From: Gammaproteobacteria bacterium
GTDB lineage: Bacteria; Pseudomonadota; Gammaproteobacteria; Magnimaribacterales; Magnimaribacteraceae
Length of the DNA: 64,000 nucleotides
Assembly: GCA_045563495.1 (NCBI GenBank)
Contig: JBJLJA010000003.1
Span: 1,000,143 to 1,064,142, forward strand
Direction: 5' to 3'
Part shown: positions 1-9,295 of the stretch, piece by piece
Layout of the letters: each line of letters begins with the position of its first letter
Position numbering within the stretch: position 1 is the first letter of the stretch
Made by a program: the position numbers and the translations under genes
The notes under the pieces: generated by a model
What the model was told of the DNA's origin: nothing
Databases searched by the model: none
The model's input: the letters and a program-made list of their open reading frames with translations, nothing else

Positions 1-551
1 GAAATATTTTCCAGATCTTTTAATTGTGTGACTTCTAAAGAGTCGATTCCACAAGTAACTATTCCATCAAATGGCTTTAGATCCATATCTATATTAAAAC
101 TTATACCGTGATAACAACGACCTTTTTTAATCTTTAATCCTATTGAGGCTATTTTTTTTCCTTGCACATAAATACCTGGAGCTCCAATTCTTCTTTTTGC
201 ATTTACTCCATATTTGCTTAGAAGGTTTATCATTACTTCCTCCAGCTCACAAATTAGTCTTTTAGGACCCCAACCAAGTCTCCTTAAGTTCAGTAAAAAA
301 TAGATCATCAGTTGACCGGGTCCATGATAAGTTACCTGACCTCCTCTATCGGTTCTAACTACTGGGATATTCTTGTTTGAAATAATGTTCTCTTCTTCTG
401 CGGCATGCCCTAAAGTATAAACAGGATAATGTTCAGCAAACCATAACTCGTCAGGTTCACTTCCGGACTTTTGGTTTGTGACAACCTGCATTCGTTGCCA
501 CACATCCTGGTACTCTACTAATCCCAAATCTTTAATCTCTAAATTCTTCAA
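1..551 (-). CDS. lipB: Octanoyltransferase LipB (N-terminal ~183 codons; C-terminus runs off the window start)
   Basis: Not in the ORF track because it is open-ended. My minus-strand translation from TTG 551..549 gives ...LWFAEHYPVYTLG...RTDRGGQVTYHGPGQLMIYFLLNL...GAPGIYVQGKKIASIGLKIKKGRCYHGISFNIDMDLKPF... with no stops. This is the LipB RGGxxTYHGPGQ signature and K/C region. The TTG overlaps the TGA stop of the upstream gene (TTGA). Confidence 0.8.
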   Translation of the reverse strand, partial: MKNLEIKDLGLVEYQDVWQRMQVVTNQKSGSEPDELWFAEHYPVYTLGHAAEEENIISNKNIPVVRTDRGGQVTYHGPGQLMIYFLLNLRRLGWGPKRLICELEEVMINLLSKYGVNAKRRIGAPGIYVQGKKIASIGLKIKKGRCYHGISFNIDMDLKPFDGIVTCGIDSLEVTQLKDLENI

Positions 552-1645
552 TCTAATTCTCTTGTGTCGATGTATGCCTTTTCTGAGATTCTATGATAAT
601 TGATTACTTGCTCTTTAAATTCCGTATAAGATTTATAGACCTTTTGTGCCATTGGATCATCTTCAATAAAGTCTTCCATAACTTCATCTGTTATTTTCTT
701 TAATTCTATAAGAACACTATCAGGCAACTTTCTGAGATCAACATCATGCTTCTCAATAAGTTCTGTAAGGGCTCTATTATTTCTTGCAGTATATTCATCG
801 AGCATTTCTTGATTTGCAGACTTTGCAGCATATTTTATTATCGCCTTTAGATCATCTGGCAAAGTCTCAAAGGCCTCTTTATTAATGATAATTTCTAAAG
901 TAGAGCCTGGCTCGTGCCACCCAGGATAGTAGTAATAATCAGCGACTTGATGAAAACCGAAAGTCAGATCATTGTAAGGGCCAACCCACTCTGCAGCATC
1001 GACTACACCTTGCTGCAAAGACAGAAATATTTCATTCCCAGGAAGGGTTACAGTTTCAGCACCTGCTCTAGTAAATACTTCACCTGCTAAACCGGGTATT
1101 CTCATCTTGAGCCCCTTTAGATCATTCAAAGAATTTATTTCTTTTTTAAACCAGCCCGCCATTTGTACCCCCGAATTACCTCCAGCTAACGGTATAAGAT
1201 TAAAAGGTGCATATGCTTCTTCCCATAGCTCCATTCCTCCTCCATAGTGAAGCCAGCCATTCATTTCCTGTGCTGTCAGCCCAAAAGGAACTGCTGTAAA
1301 AAACTGAGAAGATTTGACTTTCCCCGTCCAGTAATAAGATGCACCATGGCCAAGCTGCACATTTCCTTGAGAAACTGCGTCAAAAACCCCCAAAGCAGGT
1401 ACAAATTCTCCTGCTCCATAAACCTTGATCTGCATTCTTCCGCATGTCATCTCATCTACGTATTTAGAAAAGTTCTCCGGACCCATTCCTAGACCTGGGA
1501 AGTTCTTTGGCCAGGTAGTAACCATGGTCCACTTATAAGTCTTGCTACCGGCTGAAAAACAGCCCCCATCTTCGACAGGTAATTCTTTAGTTTCAGAACA
1601 AGAGATCATTATTAATGCGATCCCTACAGATAATATTCTTTTCAT
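548..1645 (-). CDS. TRAP-type transporter periplasmic solute-binding protein (DctP family), lipoprotein signal
   Basis: 365 aa. N-terminal signal with lipobox (LIMISC). Motifs WxMVTTWPKNFPGLG, GELVPA-like GEFVPALGVFDAVSQG, GGNSGVQMAGWFKKEI, LKMRIPGLAGEV, AAEWVGPYND and YYYYPGWHEPG are typical of this SBP family. No DctQ/DctM gene is adjacent. Confidence 0.8.
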   Translation of the reverse strand: MKRILSVGIALIMISCSETKELPVEDGGCFSAGSKTYKWTMVTTWPKNFPGLGMGPENFSKYVDEMTCGRMQIKVYGAGEFVPALGVFDAVSQGNVQLGHGASYYWTGKVKSSQFFTAVPFGLTAQEMNGWLHYGGGMELWEEAYAPFNLIPLAGGNSGVQMAGWFKKEINSLNDLKGLKMRIPGLAGEVFTRAGAETVTLPGNEIFLSLQQGVVDAAEWVGPYNDLTFGFHQVADYYYYPGWHEPGSTLEIIINKEAFETLPDDLKAIIKYAAKSANQEMLDEYTARNNRALTELIEKHDVDLRKLPDSVLIELKKITDEVMEDFIEDDPMAQKVYKSYTEFKEQVINYHRISEKAYIDTRELD

Positions 1646-1660
1646 GTTTTTTGCCTTATC

Positions 1661-3826
1661 TTATATATGTTGTAGTTTAGCGTAAGAAACCATAAGCCAT
1701 TTAGTTTTACTAGCATCAAAATTTACTTCTACTCTCGCATTGGCACCTTCGCCCTCGTAATTCAGAATAACTCCTTCCCCGAAAGCTTCGTGAAATACTC
1801 TCTGCCCTAACTTAAATTCAGTATCTGGAACTTCACCTGAAATTCTTTTTGAACTAGATTTAGAAGTTCTTGGGACATTACCTCCTGTTCTTACTTCTAC
1901 AGTGAGCTCTTCAGGTATTTCTCTCAAAAATCTTGATGCGGGATTAAAATTCTCTGAACCATATAAATTTCTCATCTCGGCATGTGTTACAAATAATTTC
2001 TCCATTGATCTGGTCATGCCTACATAACAAAGTCTTCTTTCTTCTTGTAACTGATTTGGATCCTCTATAGATAATTTATGTGGAAAAAGACCTTCCTCAA
2101 ATCCAGTTATAAAAACCAGAGGAAATTCTAATCCCTTTGCTGAATGCAGAGTCATAAGTTGTATTGCAGATTCATGTTCAGACGCTTGCGTCTCTCCAGC
2201 ATCAAGTGCGGCATGGTCTATGAACATTTTTAAAGCACTCTCCTCTAATTCATCAAACGAGTCAGGCTCGAAATCCCTTGCCGCTCCTACTAATTCTGAT
2301 AAGTTCTCAACTCTGGTTCTTCCTTTTTCTCCGGCTTCTTTCTTGTGATATTCAATAAGACCGCTTCTAGCAACTGTAATATCCACTATTTCTTTTAATT
2401 GTAAATCCTTAGTATCGTCTTCAAGACTATTAAAACTAGAGATAAACCCCTGAATAGCTTGAGAGGCTCTTGGAGTAAGTCCCCCTATATCAATTAACTC
2501 TTCACAAGCCTTCCAAAGAGAAATACTTTTTTCAGCAGCTTTTGTCCTAATAATATCAATAGTCTTAGCCCCTATACCTCTAGGAGGTATATTAATAACC
2601 CTCTCAAAAGCAGCATCATCCTCTCTGCCAAATAAAAGTCGTAAGTAGCTCATGGCATTTTTTATCTCCGCTCTTTCGTAGAATCTTAAGCCTCCATATA
2701 TCTTATATGGCAAAGATTCTCTAAGAATTGCTTCCTCCAATACTCTAGATTGGGCATTGGATCTATAGAGAATCGCTATTTCATCCAAGCTACGTCCCTG
2801 GTTAACCCAATTTTGAATACTTCCTACAACATACCTTGCTTCATCGTCTTCGTTGTAAGCTGAGTAAACGGAAATAGGCTCTCCTTCTTTCTGATCGGTC
2901 CAAAGTTCCTTACCCATCCGGCCTTGATTATTTTTTATGACTGCATTTGCAGCACTTAAAATAACTGAAGTTGACCTATAGTTTTGTTCAAGCCTTATGA
3001 TTTCTGTATTTGTATAGTCTGTGGTGAATCTATTAATATTCTCACTTTTAGCCCCTCTCCATCCATAGATTGATTGATCATCATCTCCTACAGACATAAA
3101 ACCAGCGCCACCATCCGCCAGTAATTTTAAAAATTGATATTGCACTTCATTGGTGTCTTGGAATTCATCCACCAAGATATGACTAAACCTTCTTTGATAG
3201 TGTTTTAAAACCTCTTCATTACTTTTAAGCAAGATATACACTCTTAATAAAAGCTCTCCGAAATCTACCAGACTCTCACGTTCGCAAAGCTCTTCATATG
3301 CTTTATATACATCGGTCATTTTTTCAGCAAAATAATCATCCGACACCTCGACATCCTTTGACCGCCTGCACTCGTCCTTTTGCTTATTAATGAACCACTG
3401 AATCTGTCTCGGTGGCCATTTGGTATCATCTAAGCCCATAGATTTTACTACTCGCTTAATGACACGGTATTGATCTTCAGAATCAAGAATTGCAAATTCC
3501 TTTCTTAGACCGGCCTCTTCCCAATGGGTTCTTAGCAATCTATGCGAAATCCCATGAAAAGTACCACACCAGAAATTTCCCATCTCTTGTTGAACTATAT
3601 CTTCAATTCTCCCTCGCATTTCCCTTGAAGCTTTATTGGTAAAAGTCACAGTTAAAATAGAATGAGGATTAACGTTCTCAGCCTTTATTAACCAGGCTAC
3701 TCGATGAGCGATGACTCTAGTTTTCCCCGAACCTGCGCCTGCAAGAACTAATAAATTCTTCGATTCTGAAGTTACTGCATTCCTTTGGGGCTCATTAAGA
3801 CTTTCAAAAATTTCTGATACATCCAC
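1661..3826 (-). CDS. uvrD: ATP-dependent DNA helicase II (UvrD/Rep superfamily 1)
   Basis: 721 aa. Walker A AGAGSGKTRV, DEFQDTN, TFTNKA, YRS, LMTLHSAKGLEF and VGMTRS motifs. UvrD-type C-terminal Tudor-like tail GQRVFHEAFGEGVI. Confidence 0.9.
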   Translation of the reverse strand: MDVSEIFESLNEPQRNAVTSESKNLLVLAGAGSGKTRVIAHRVAWLIKAENVNPHSILTVTFTNKASREMRGRIEDIVQQEMGNFWCGTFHGISHRLLRTHWEEAGLRKEFAILDSEDQYRVIKRVVKSMGLDDTKWPPRQIQWFINKQKDECRRSKDVEVSDDYFAEKMTDVYKAYEELCERESLVDFGELLLRVYILLKSNEEVLKHYQRRFSHILVDEFQDTNEVQYQFLKLLADGGAGFMSVGDDDQSIYGWRGAKSENINRFTTDYTNTEIIRLEQNYRSTSVILSAANAVIKNNQGRMGKELWTDQKEGEPISVYSAYNEDDEARYVVGSIQNWVNQGRSLDEIAILYRSNAQSRVLEEAILRESLPYKIYGGLRFYERAEIKNAMSYLRLLFGREDDAAFERVINIPPRGIGAKTIDIIRTKAAEKSISLWKACEELIDIGGLTPRASQAIQGFISSFNSLEDDTKDLQLKEIVDITVARSGLIEYHKKEAGEKGRTRVENLSELVGAARDFEPDSFDELEESALKMFIDHAALDAGETQASEHESAIQLMTLHSAKGLEFPLVFITGFEEGLFPHKLSIEDPNQLQEERRLCYVGMTRSMEKLFVTHAEMRNLYGSENFNPASRFLREIPEELTVEVRTGGNVPRTSKSSSKRISGEVPDTEFKLGQRVFHEAFGEGVILNYEGEGANARVEVNFDASKTKWLMVSYAKLQHI

Positions 3827-3952
3827 GCGCGTATTTTAACTAAGAATGGTTCTTCAATCTTGGATATTTGATCTGAATTAGAAAATAAATTGAGTAATAT
3901 AATTTTCTTTAAATCACCTACTAATATCTTATTCTTGAGGTATCATTAAGTC

Positions 3953-4366
3953 ATGGAAAATGCAGAAAAATTCTTTGAAACCTATTGCGATTTTGTAACA
4001 AAAGTTACTAGCAACCCAAGCCTAAAAATTGAAGATTTAAAAAAATCTTTAGATGATATTCAGGACAAATCATCTATCGATGCGCCACGTTTGCTCACTG
4101 CCGCATTGGGACTTGGCAGTGAAACAGGTGAGTTTGTGGAAATAGTTAAGAAGATGATTCTTCAAGGCAAACCTGCAGATGAAGATAATATATTTCATAT
4201 GAAAAGAGAGTTAGGAGATGTCATGTGGTATTGGGTTACAGCATGCATGGCCTTAGATCTTGACCCAGTAGAAGTAATTTCTGAGAACCAAAAAAAGCTC
4301 GAGGCGAGATATGGTGAGCAATTCACCATAGATCAAAGTGAAGTTAGAGCTAAAGGAGATCTATAA
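3953..4366 (+). CDS. MazG-like all-alpha nucleotide pyrophosphohydrolase domain protein
   Basis: 137 aa. ExxGE-type LGSETGEFVEIVKK followed by RELGDVMWYW, as in MazG/house-cleaning NTP-PPase domains. Confidence 0.65.
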   Translation: MENAEKFFETYCDFVTKVTSNPSLKIEDLKKSLDDIQDKSSIDAPRLLTAALGLGSETGEFVEIVKKMILQGKPADEDNIFHMKRELGDVMWYWVTACMALDLDPVEVISENQKKLEARYGEQFTIDQSEVRAKGDL

Positions 4367-5617
4367 CTAATAGATTCTAGATACTGCTGATCTTTCCCCT
4401 TCAATTGCGTCAGATCTTTTTAAACCCATTTGATTCCAGACATCGTCAAGAGCATCTAAGAAGTGTTGTATATCACTGGCCTCATGGCGAGGTGTAATCG
4501 TTACCCTGAATCTTTCATCCCCTTTAGGGACTGTTGGATAAAAGATGGGCTGGATGTATATGCCATGCTTTTCTAGAAGAAGATTCGCAGCCTCTTTACA
4601 GAGCCTAGGATCATAGAGGTGAATTGGAATGATGTGACTGTCATTTTCTAGGAAAGGAATTTGTAAATCTCTCAAACCAAGTCTTATACGGTCAGAATTA
4701 ATTCGAATATTATCTCGAAGATCTTCAGATGACATTGCGATCTTGATGCTAGTAATTGACGCTGCTGCTATTGAAGGGTTCATAGAAGAAGTAAAGATAA
4801 ACCCAGGAGCAAAACTCCTTATGTAGTCAATAATATCGGCATTTGCCGCAACATAACCTCCCATTTGACCAAAAGATTTAGATAATGTGCCATTGATAAT
4901 ATCAATTTCATCTTCTAATCCTTTTTCAGCTGTTATACCTCTTCCTTCTGGCCCGTATAAACCTACAGAGTGAACTTCATCTAAGTAAGTTAAGGCATTA
5001 TATTTCTTTGAAATTTCTATAATTTTTTGTAGAGGAGATCGAAGTCCTTCCATTGAATAGAGCGATTCAAAAACAACTAACTTAGGTGTATTTGCATTAG
5101 CATTATTTAAAAGTTCTTCTAAATGCTCAGTGTCATTGTGTCTGAATATATGAGTTACAACGTCAGCATTTTTTATGCCTTGAATTAATGAGGCATGATT
5201 TAGCTCGTCAGAAAATACTTCTATTCCTTCCATGTTTTTACATAAAGTCCAAAGAGTAGATTGATTTGCTGTATAGGCTGAAGGAAAAAGAAGGGCTGAT
5301 TCTTTTCTATGTAAGTCTGCAAGAAGTTTTTCAAGGTCTACATGATAGGTTGAGGTGCCTGAGATATTTCTTGTACCACCCGAGCCTGTGCCAAGCTCAT
5401 TTATAACTTCTATAGAAGTCTTAGTAACTTCTGGGTGTTGGCTAAGATTTAAATAATCATTACTGCACCAAACTTCAACTTCTCTTTCTTGACCTTCAAA
5501 TCTCTCAGTGGCTTTAGGGAAGCTAGATTTATTTCTATTGATAGCCCTGAACTTTCTATAAAGACCTTGAGATTTTAAGGAGACTAGCTCGTCCGAGAAG
5601 AATTTTTTATAGTTCAT
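4367..5617 (-). CDS. hemA: 5-aminolevulinate synthase (Shemin/C4 pathway, PLP-dependent alpha-oxoamine synthase family)
   Basis: 416 aa. LYRKFRAINR...FPKA, VEVWCSNDYLNLSQHP, GTGSGGTRNISGT and GTLSKSFGQMGGY (PLP lysine) resemble ALAS more than BioF/KBL. It is divergently adjacent to a heme operon. Confidence 0.8.
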   Translation of the reverse strand: MNYKKFFSDELVSLKSQGLYRKFRAINRNKSSFPKATERFEGQEREVEVWCSNDYLNLSQHPEVTKTSIEVINELGTGSGGTRNISGTSTYHVDLEKLLADLHRKESALLFPSAYTANQSTLWTLCKNMEGIEVFSDELNHASLIQGIKNADVVTHIFRHNDTEHLEELLNNANANTPKLVVFESLYSMEGLRSPLQKIIEISKKYNALTYLDEVHSVGLYGPEGRGITAEKGLEDEIDIINGTLSKSFGQMGGYVAANADIIDYIRSFAPGFIFTSSMNPSIAAASITSIKIAMSSEDLRDNIRINSDRIRLGLRDLQIPFLENDSHIIPIHLYDPRLCKEAANLLLEKHGIYIQPIFYPTVPKGDERFRVTITPRHEASDIQHFLDALDDVWNQMGLKRSDAIEGERSAVSRIY

Positions 5618-5725
5618 GAATTAATTATTGATAAAAGTTAATATAATTAAGGTTGAAGCGGCGAGTATTATAAAACGATACCTGGTTATGTGGGTTCTTA
5701 AGAATTATTCTCATTTAGTTTTAGA

Positions 5726-7222
5726 TTGAAAACCTTAAAAATTGTCTCTAGGAAAAGTCCTCTTGCAAGGATTCAAGCTCTTCTTGTGGCTGAAAAATTA
5801 ACCCACTCTTTTCCTGAGATAAAAATTGAACATATCTATAAAAAAACTTTAGGTGATGAAGATTTAAACACTCCACTCAACAAAATGCCGGATATTGGCG
5901 TATTTACTAATGACATCCGAAATGACCTTTTAAATAAAGTTGCTGATATTGCGGTACATTCTTGGAAAGATCTACCTGTAGATCTAGAGGAAGGTACGGA
6001 AATAGTAGGCACGCTTGATAGAGCTGATATGAGAGATATGATTTTTCTGAAAAAAGAAAGTATTGGCAAAAAAGATCTCACTATTCTGAGTTCATCACCT
6101 AGGAGAGAAAGGAATCTATCTAGCTTTTTACCCTCGGCACTTCCATTCAAAACTCAAATTAAATTTAAAGATGTGCGCGGCAATATTCACACTAGGTTAA
6201 CTAAGCTAATCGAAGGAGGTGAAGACGGTCTTGTTGTAGCTAAAGCAGCTATTGATAGATTCATGAACAATAAAAACAAAGAATTTGAGAGTGATAGAAA
6301 ATCGATTCTTACTATGCAAACCAAGCTAAAATGGATGGTGCTGCCTTTATCTAAAAACCCCTGTGCTGCTGCTCAGGGTGCTCTTGCCATCGAAGCACGA
6401 GAGGAAGATGAAGTCGTAAAAGAAATTATTGCCAATATTTCGAACAACGAGATTTTTGATTCTGTAGAAATTGAAAGAACTATATTGAAATCATATGGTG
6501 GAGGATGTCATCAAAAGATTGGGGTCAGTCATGAAATTCTAGAAACAGGCAAACTATTGACGGTAAAAGGTGAAACTGAAAATGGTGAAGATTTGTCTGA
6601 AAGGTCATTTAATAACAATAAAGAGGGTTATTTTAATTCCGTAAACGACTCTAATTATTTTCCAAGAAATAAAGAAGAGCAAAGGTTTTTTGAAAGAAAG
6701 CCAAGCCTTGATTCGCTTGAAGCTCTAAAAAAGATAAAAAATAAAGGAATTTACGTAAGCAGATCAAATGCTATAGAAAGCTCTAACCTTCTAGATGATT
6801 CCAACATAGTTTGGACTAGTGGAGTCGATACTTGGAAATCTCTAGCCCAAAAGGGTTATTGGGTTAATGGGACTTCAGATAGTCTTGGAGAAAATAATTC
6901 CCCTGAAGAAAGTCTCTTTGAAGAGATAAGTTGGCTAAAAGTATCACATAAAGACAATCTTGATAAAGATAAAGAAGTATTAGTTACTTATGAATTAAAT
7001 CCACTTGATGTTTCTGAAAGGCTTCTGGAATGCGATTATTTTTACTGGATGAGTGCAAGCTCATTTGAACTTGCTATAAAAAAATATCCCGAACTTAAAA
7101 ATAGAAACCATGCTTGTGGACTTGGAAAGACTTTCAAATTAATAGAAAAGTCAGCTCCACAAGTCACTCCATTTCTAGACTTTGATAGTTGGCTTGAGGC
7201 CGTAAGAAATAAGATAAAATAA
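5726..7222 (+). CDS. hemC: Porphobilinogen deaminase (hydroxymethylbilane synthase) with a ~200-aa C-terminal uroporphyrinogen-III-synthase-like extension
   Basis: 498 aa, TTG start. The N-terminal ~290 aa have HemC motifs (SRKSPLARIQA, DIAVHSWKDLP, SSSPRRE, RGNIHTRL, AAAQGALAIE, GGCHQKIG). The C-terminal part has HemD-like strings (IYVSRSNA, WTSGVDTWKSLAQKG, YWMSASSFE, CGLGKTF). Confidence 0.8.
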   Translation: MKTLKIVSRKSPLARIQALLVAEKLTHSFPEIKIEHIYKKTLGDEDLNTPLNKMPDIGVFTNDIRNDLLNKVADIAVHSWKDLPVDLEEGTEIVGTLDRADMRDMIFLKKESIGKKDLTILSSSPRRERNLSSFLPSALPFKTQIKFKDVRGNIHTRLTKLIEGGEDGLVVAKAAIDRFMNNKNKEFESDRKSILTMQTKLKWMVLPLSKNPCAAAQGALAIEAREEDEVVKEIIANISNNEIFDSVEIERTILKSYGGGCHQKIGVSHEILETGKLLTVKGETENGEDLSERSFNNNKEGYFNSVNDSNYFPRNKEEQRFFERKPSLDSLEALKKIKNKGIYVSRSNAIESSNLLDDSNIVWTSGVDTWKSLAQKGYWVNGTSDSLGENNSPEESLFEEISWLKVSHKDNLDKDKEVLVTYELNPLDVSERLLECDYFYWMSASSFELAIKKYPELKNRNHACGLGKTFKLIEKSAPQVTPFLDFDSWLEAVRNKIK

Positions 7223-7272
7223 AATACCTGTTATGCCTAAGGTATAATGAGCAATTCTTTTTTTCAATTAGT

Positions 7273-8268
7273 ATGAACGTATCAAGAAAATTTCCTCAGT
7301 CCAGATTAAGAAGAACTCGATTTACTGCTTCTATAAGAAGTTTGGTTGCCGAAAATAGTCTATCCGTAGATGACTTGATACAACCTATCTTTGTAAAAGA
7401 AGATTTAGATGGAATTGAAAGCATAGATTCTCTACCAGGGGTCAATAGACATGGCCTCAATGCACTGGATGCAGAAATAGAAAAGATTCAAAATAATAAA
7501 ATAAAAGCTGTTGCCATATTTCCAGTCATAAATCCTGATAAAAAAGATGAACAAGGAAGTGACTCGCTAAATGAAGATAATTTAGTTTGCACGGCTATAA
7601 AGCAAATAAAGAAAAATTCTGAATTAGCTGTAATCGCGGATGTTGCTCTAGATCCATATACCTCTCATGGGCATGATGGAGTTTTAGACAAAAATGGATA
7701 TGTAGAAAATGATAAAAGTCTTTCTCTACTTATAAAACAAGCTCTAACCCTAGCTAAAGCTGGAGCTGATATGGTCGCCCCATCAGATATGATGGATGGC
7801 AGAATAGCAGGTATTAGAGAATCATTAGAATCCAATAATTTTGCTAATACGATCATCCTTTCTTATGCTGCAAAATATAGTTCAAAATTTTATGGTCCAT
7901 TTAGAGATGCCGTAGGATCCTCCGCAAATCTTGGTGTGGGCAGTAAAGACACCTATCAAATGTCGGTTGCAAATATCGATGAAGCATTACACGAAGTGAA
8001 AATGGATATAGAAGAAGGTGCAGATATAGTGATGGTTAAACCAGGTATGCCTTATCTTGATGTTATCAAGGCAGTTAAAGATACTTTTAAGGTGCCAACA
8101 TTTGCTTATCAAGTAAGTGGTGAATATGCGATGCTTAAAGCTGCGATAGAAAATGATTGGTTATCCGATGAAGTAATACTGGAATCCTTATTAAGCTTTA
8201 AAAGAGCTGGGGCAGATTGCGTTCTGACCTATGCTGCCAATGAAATAGCAATAAAGTTAAATCAATAG
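7273..8268 (+). CDS. hemB: Porphobilinogen synthase (delta-aminolevulinate dehydratase), Asp-rich (non-zinc) metal site
   Basis: 331 aa. RLRRTR, DVALDPYTSHGHDG (Asp-rich rather than Cys-rich), MVAPSDMMDGR, SYAAKYSSKFYGPFRDA, MVKPGMPYLD and QVSGEYAM. Confidence 0.95.
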   Translation: MNVSRKFPQSRLRRTRFTASIRSLVAENSLSVDDLIQPIFVKEDLDGIESIDSLPGVNRHGLNALDAEIEKIQNNKIKAVAIFPVINPDKKDEQGSDSLNEDNLVCTAIKQIKKNSELAVIADVALDPYTSHGHDGVLDKNGYVENDKSLSLLIKQALTLAKAGADMVAPSDMMDGRIAGIRESLESNNFANTIILSYAAKYSSKFYGPFRDAVGSSANLGVGSKDTYQMSVANIDEALHEVKMDIEEGADIVMVKPGMPYLDVIKAVKDTFKVPTFAYQVSGEYAMLKAAIENDWLSDEVILESLLSFKRAGADCVLTYAANEIAIKLNQ

Positions 8269-8272
8269 AGTC

Positions 8273-9292
8273 TTGCCTAATAAAAAATTCATAAATGCTA
8301 TAGAGAGAAAGCCACAGGCCTGTCCTCCTATATGGCTTATGAGACAAGCCGGTCGATATCACGCCCACTACCAAAACTTAAAAAAGGATCACTCTTTCGA
8401 AGAGCTCTGTAAAAAACCAAAACTTGCAGCCGAAACTGCTATGGGGCCTATTAACGAATTTGATTTTGACGTTGCAATTCTATTCAGCGATATATTATTT
8501 CCTCTTGAAGCACTTGGCATGGACTTGTCTTATAACCCTGGGCCTCAATTTGGCCTTCATTTAAATGAGGATAATGCTGAAAGCTTAATCGTTAACCAAA
8601 ACCCCATAAACTTTATGGAATTTCAGGGAGAAGCGATAGAAAGAACTATCGAGAGACTGCCAAATGAAAAGTCATTAATAGGCTTTGTTGGCGGACCTTG
8701 GACTTTGATAGCTTATGCATGCAATATCAGTAAAGATTCTAGTGATATTCATTTGAATAACTTTCAAATAGGACTTCTAGATAACGTGATTCTTCCACTT
8801 CTAAAAGAGAATGTGGAATTGCAATTGAATGCTGGAGCCGAAGTCGTAATGATCTTTGATTCCACTGCACATCAGCTCGCAGAAGAAGACTTAAATATCT
8901 ACCTAGGTAAGACCTTCAATATGTTAGTCAAAGAATTTCCTAATAAGGTTGGCTACTATGCAAAGGACGGGGTTAACTATGAAACTATAATTGCGAAACA
9001 AGAAGACCCTAAAATAAACTTAGCGGGAATGGGTATAGACTCTAATGTCGATCTAAGAGATTACTTTAAAAAAACTTCAAATGGCTTTGTACAAGGTAAT
9101 TTTAGTGAGCATTTCTTAACCCTCCCCCATGAAGAATTCTTACCAAAATTGGATACTTTCATAGAACAAATGTCAGTGCTATCACCAGAAGAAAGATCGG
9201 GTTGGGTTTGTGGACTAGGCCATGGAGTTCTGAAAACAACGCCTCAGGAAAACGTCAAAGAATTTGTACAAAGAATTAGAGCATCCTTTTAG
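8273..9292 (+). CDS. hemE: Uroporphyrinogen decarboxylase
   Basis: 339 aa, TTG start. PIWLMRQAGRY, ILFSDIL and GFVGGPWTL motifs. Confidence 0.9.
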   Translation: MPNKKFINAIERKPQACPPIWLMRQAGRYHAHYQNLKKDHSFEELCKKPKLAAETAMGPINEFDFDVAILFSDILFPLEALGMDLSYNPGPQFGLHLNEDNAESLIVNQNPINFMEFQGEAIERTIERLPNEKSLIGFVGGPWTLIAYACNISKDSSDIHLNNFQIGLLDNVILPLLKENVELQLNAGAEVVMIFDSTAHQLAEEDLNIYLGKTFNMLVKEFPNKVGYYAKDGVNYETIIAKQEDPKINLAGMGIDSNVDLRDYFKKTSNGFVQGNFSEHFLTLPHEEFLPKLDTFIEQMSVLSPEERSGWVCGLGHGVLKTTPQENVKEFVQRIRASF

Positions 9293-9295
9293 AGA

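Noticed and set aside
1247-1492. Numerous 60-160-aa track ORFs antisense to, or out of frame with, long conserved genes. Examples: 1247..1492, 5836..6150, 7665..7856, 9320..9592, 12599..12850, 18586..19014, 41551..41871, 46966..47247, 55891..56316, 58802..59161, 60710..61201 and 62861..63151.
   Set aside because: Each lies wholly inside a longer ORF with clear family motifs on the other strand or frame. Their translations are low-complexity (S/L/F/K-rich) with no recognisable motif. They are typical shadow ORFs of AT-rich DNA.
3827-3952. A LexA/SOS box upstream of uvrD.
   Set aside because: No CTGT-N8-ACAG-like sequence is found in the 126-nt divergent promoter region.
1661-4366. UvrD-type helicase plus MazG-like pyrophosphohydrolase as a possible anti-phage defence pair.
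   Set aside because: The helicase is a full-length canonical UvrD with the housekeeping C-terminal domain. The two genes are divergently transcribed, and there are no nuclease, TIR, Sir2 or other effector domains. This looks like ordinary housekeeping context.
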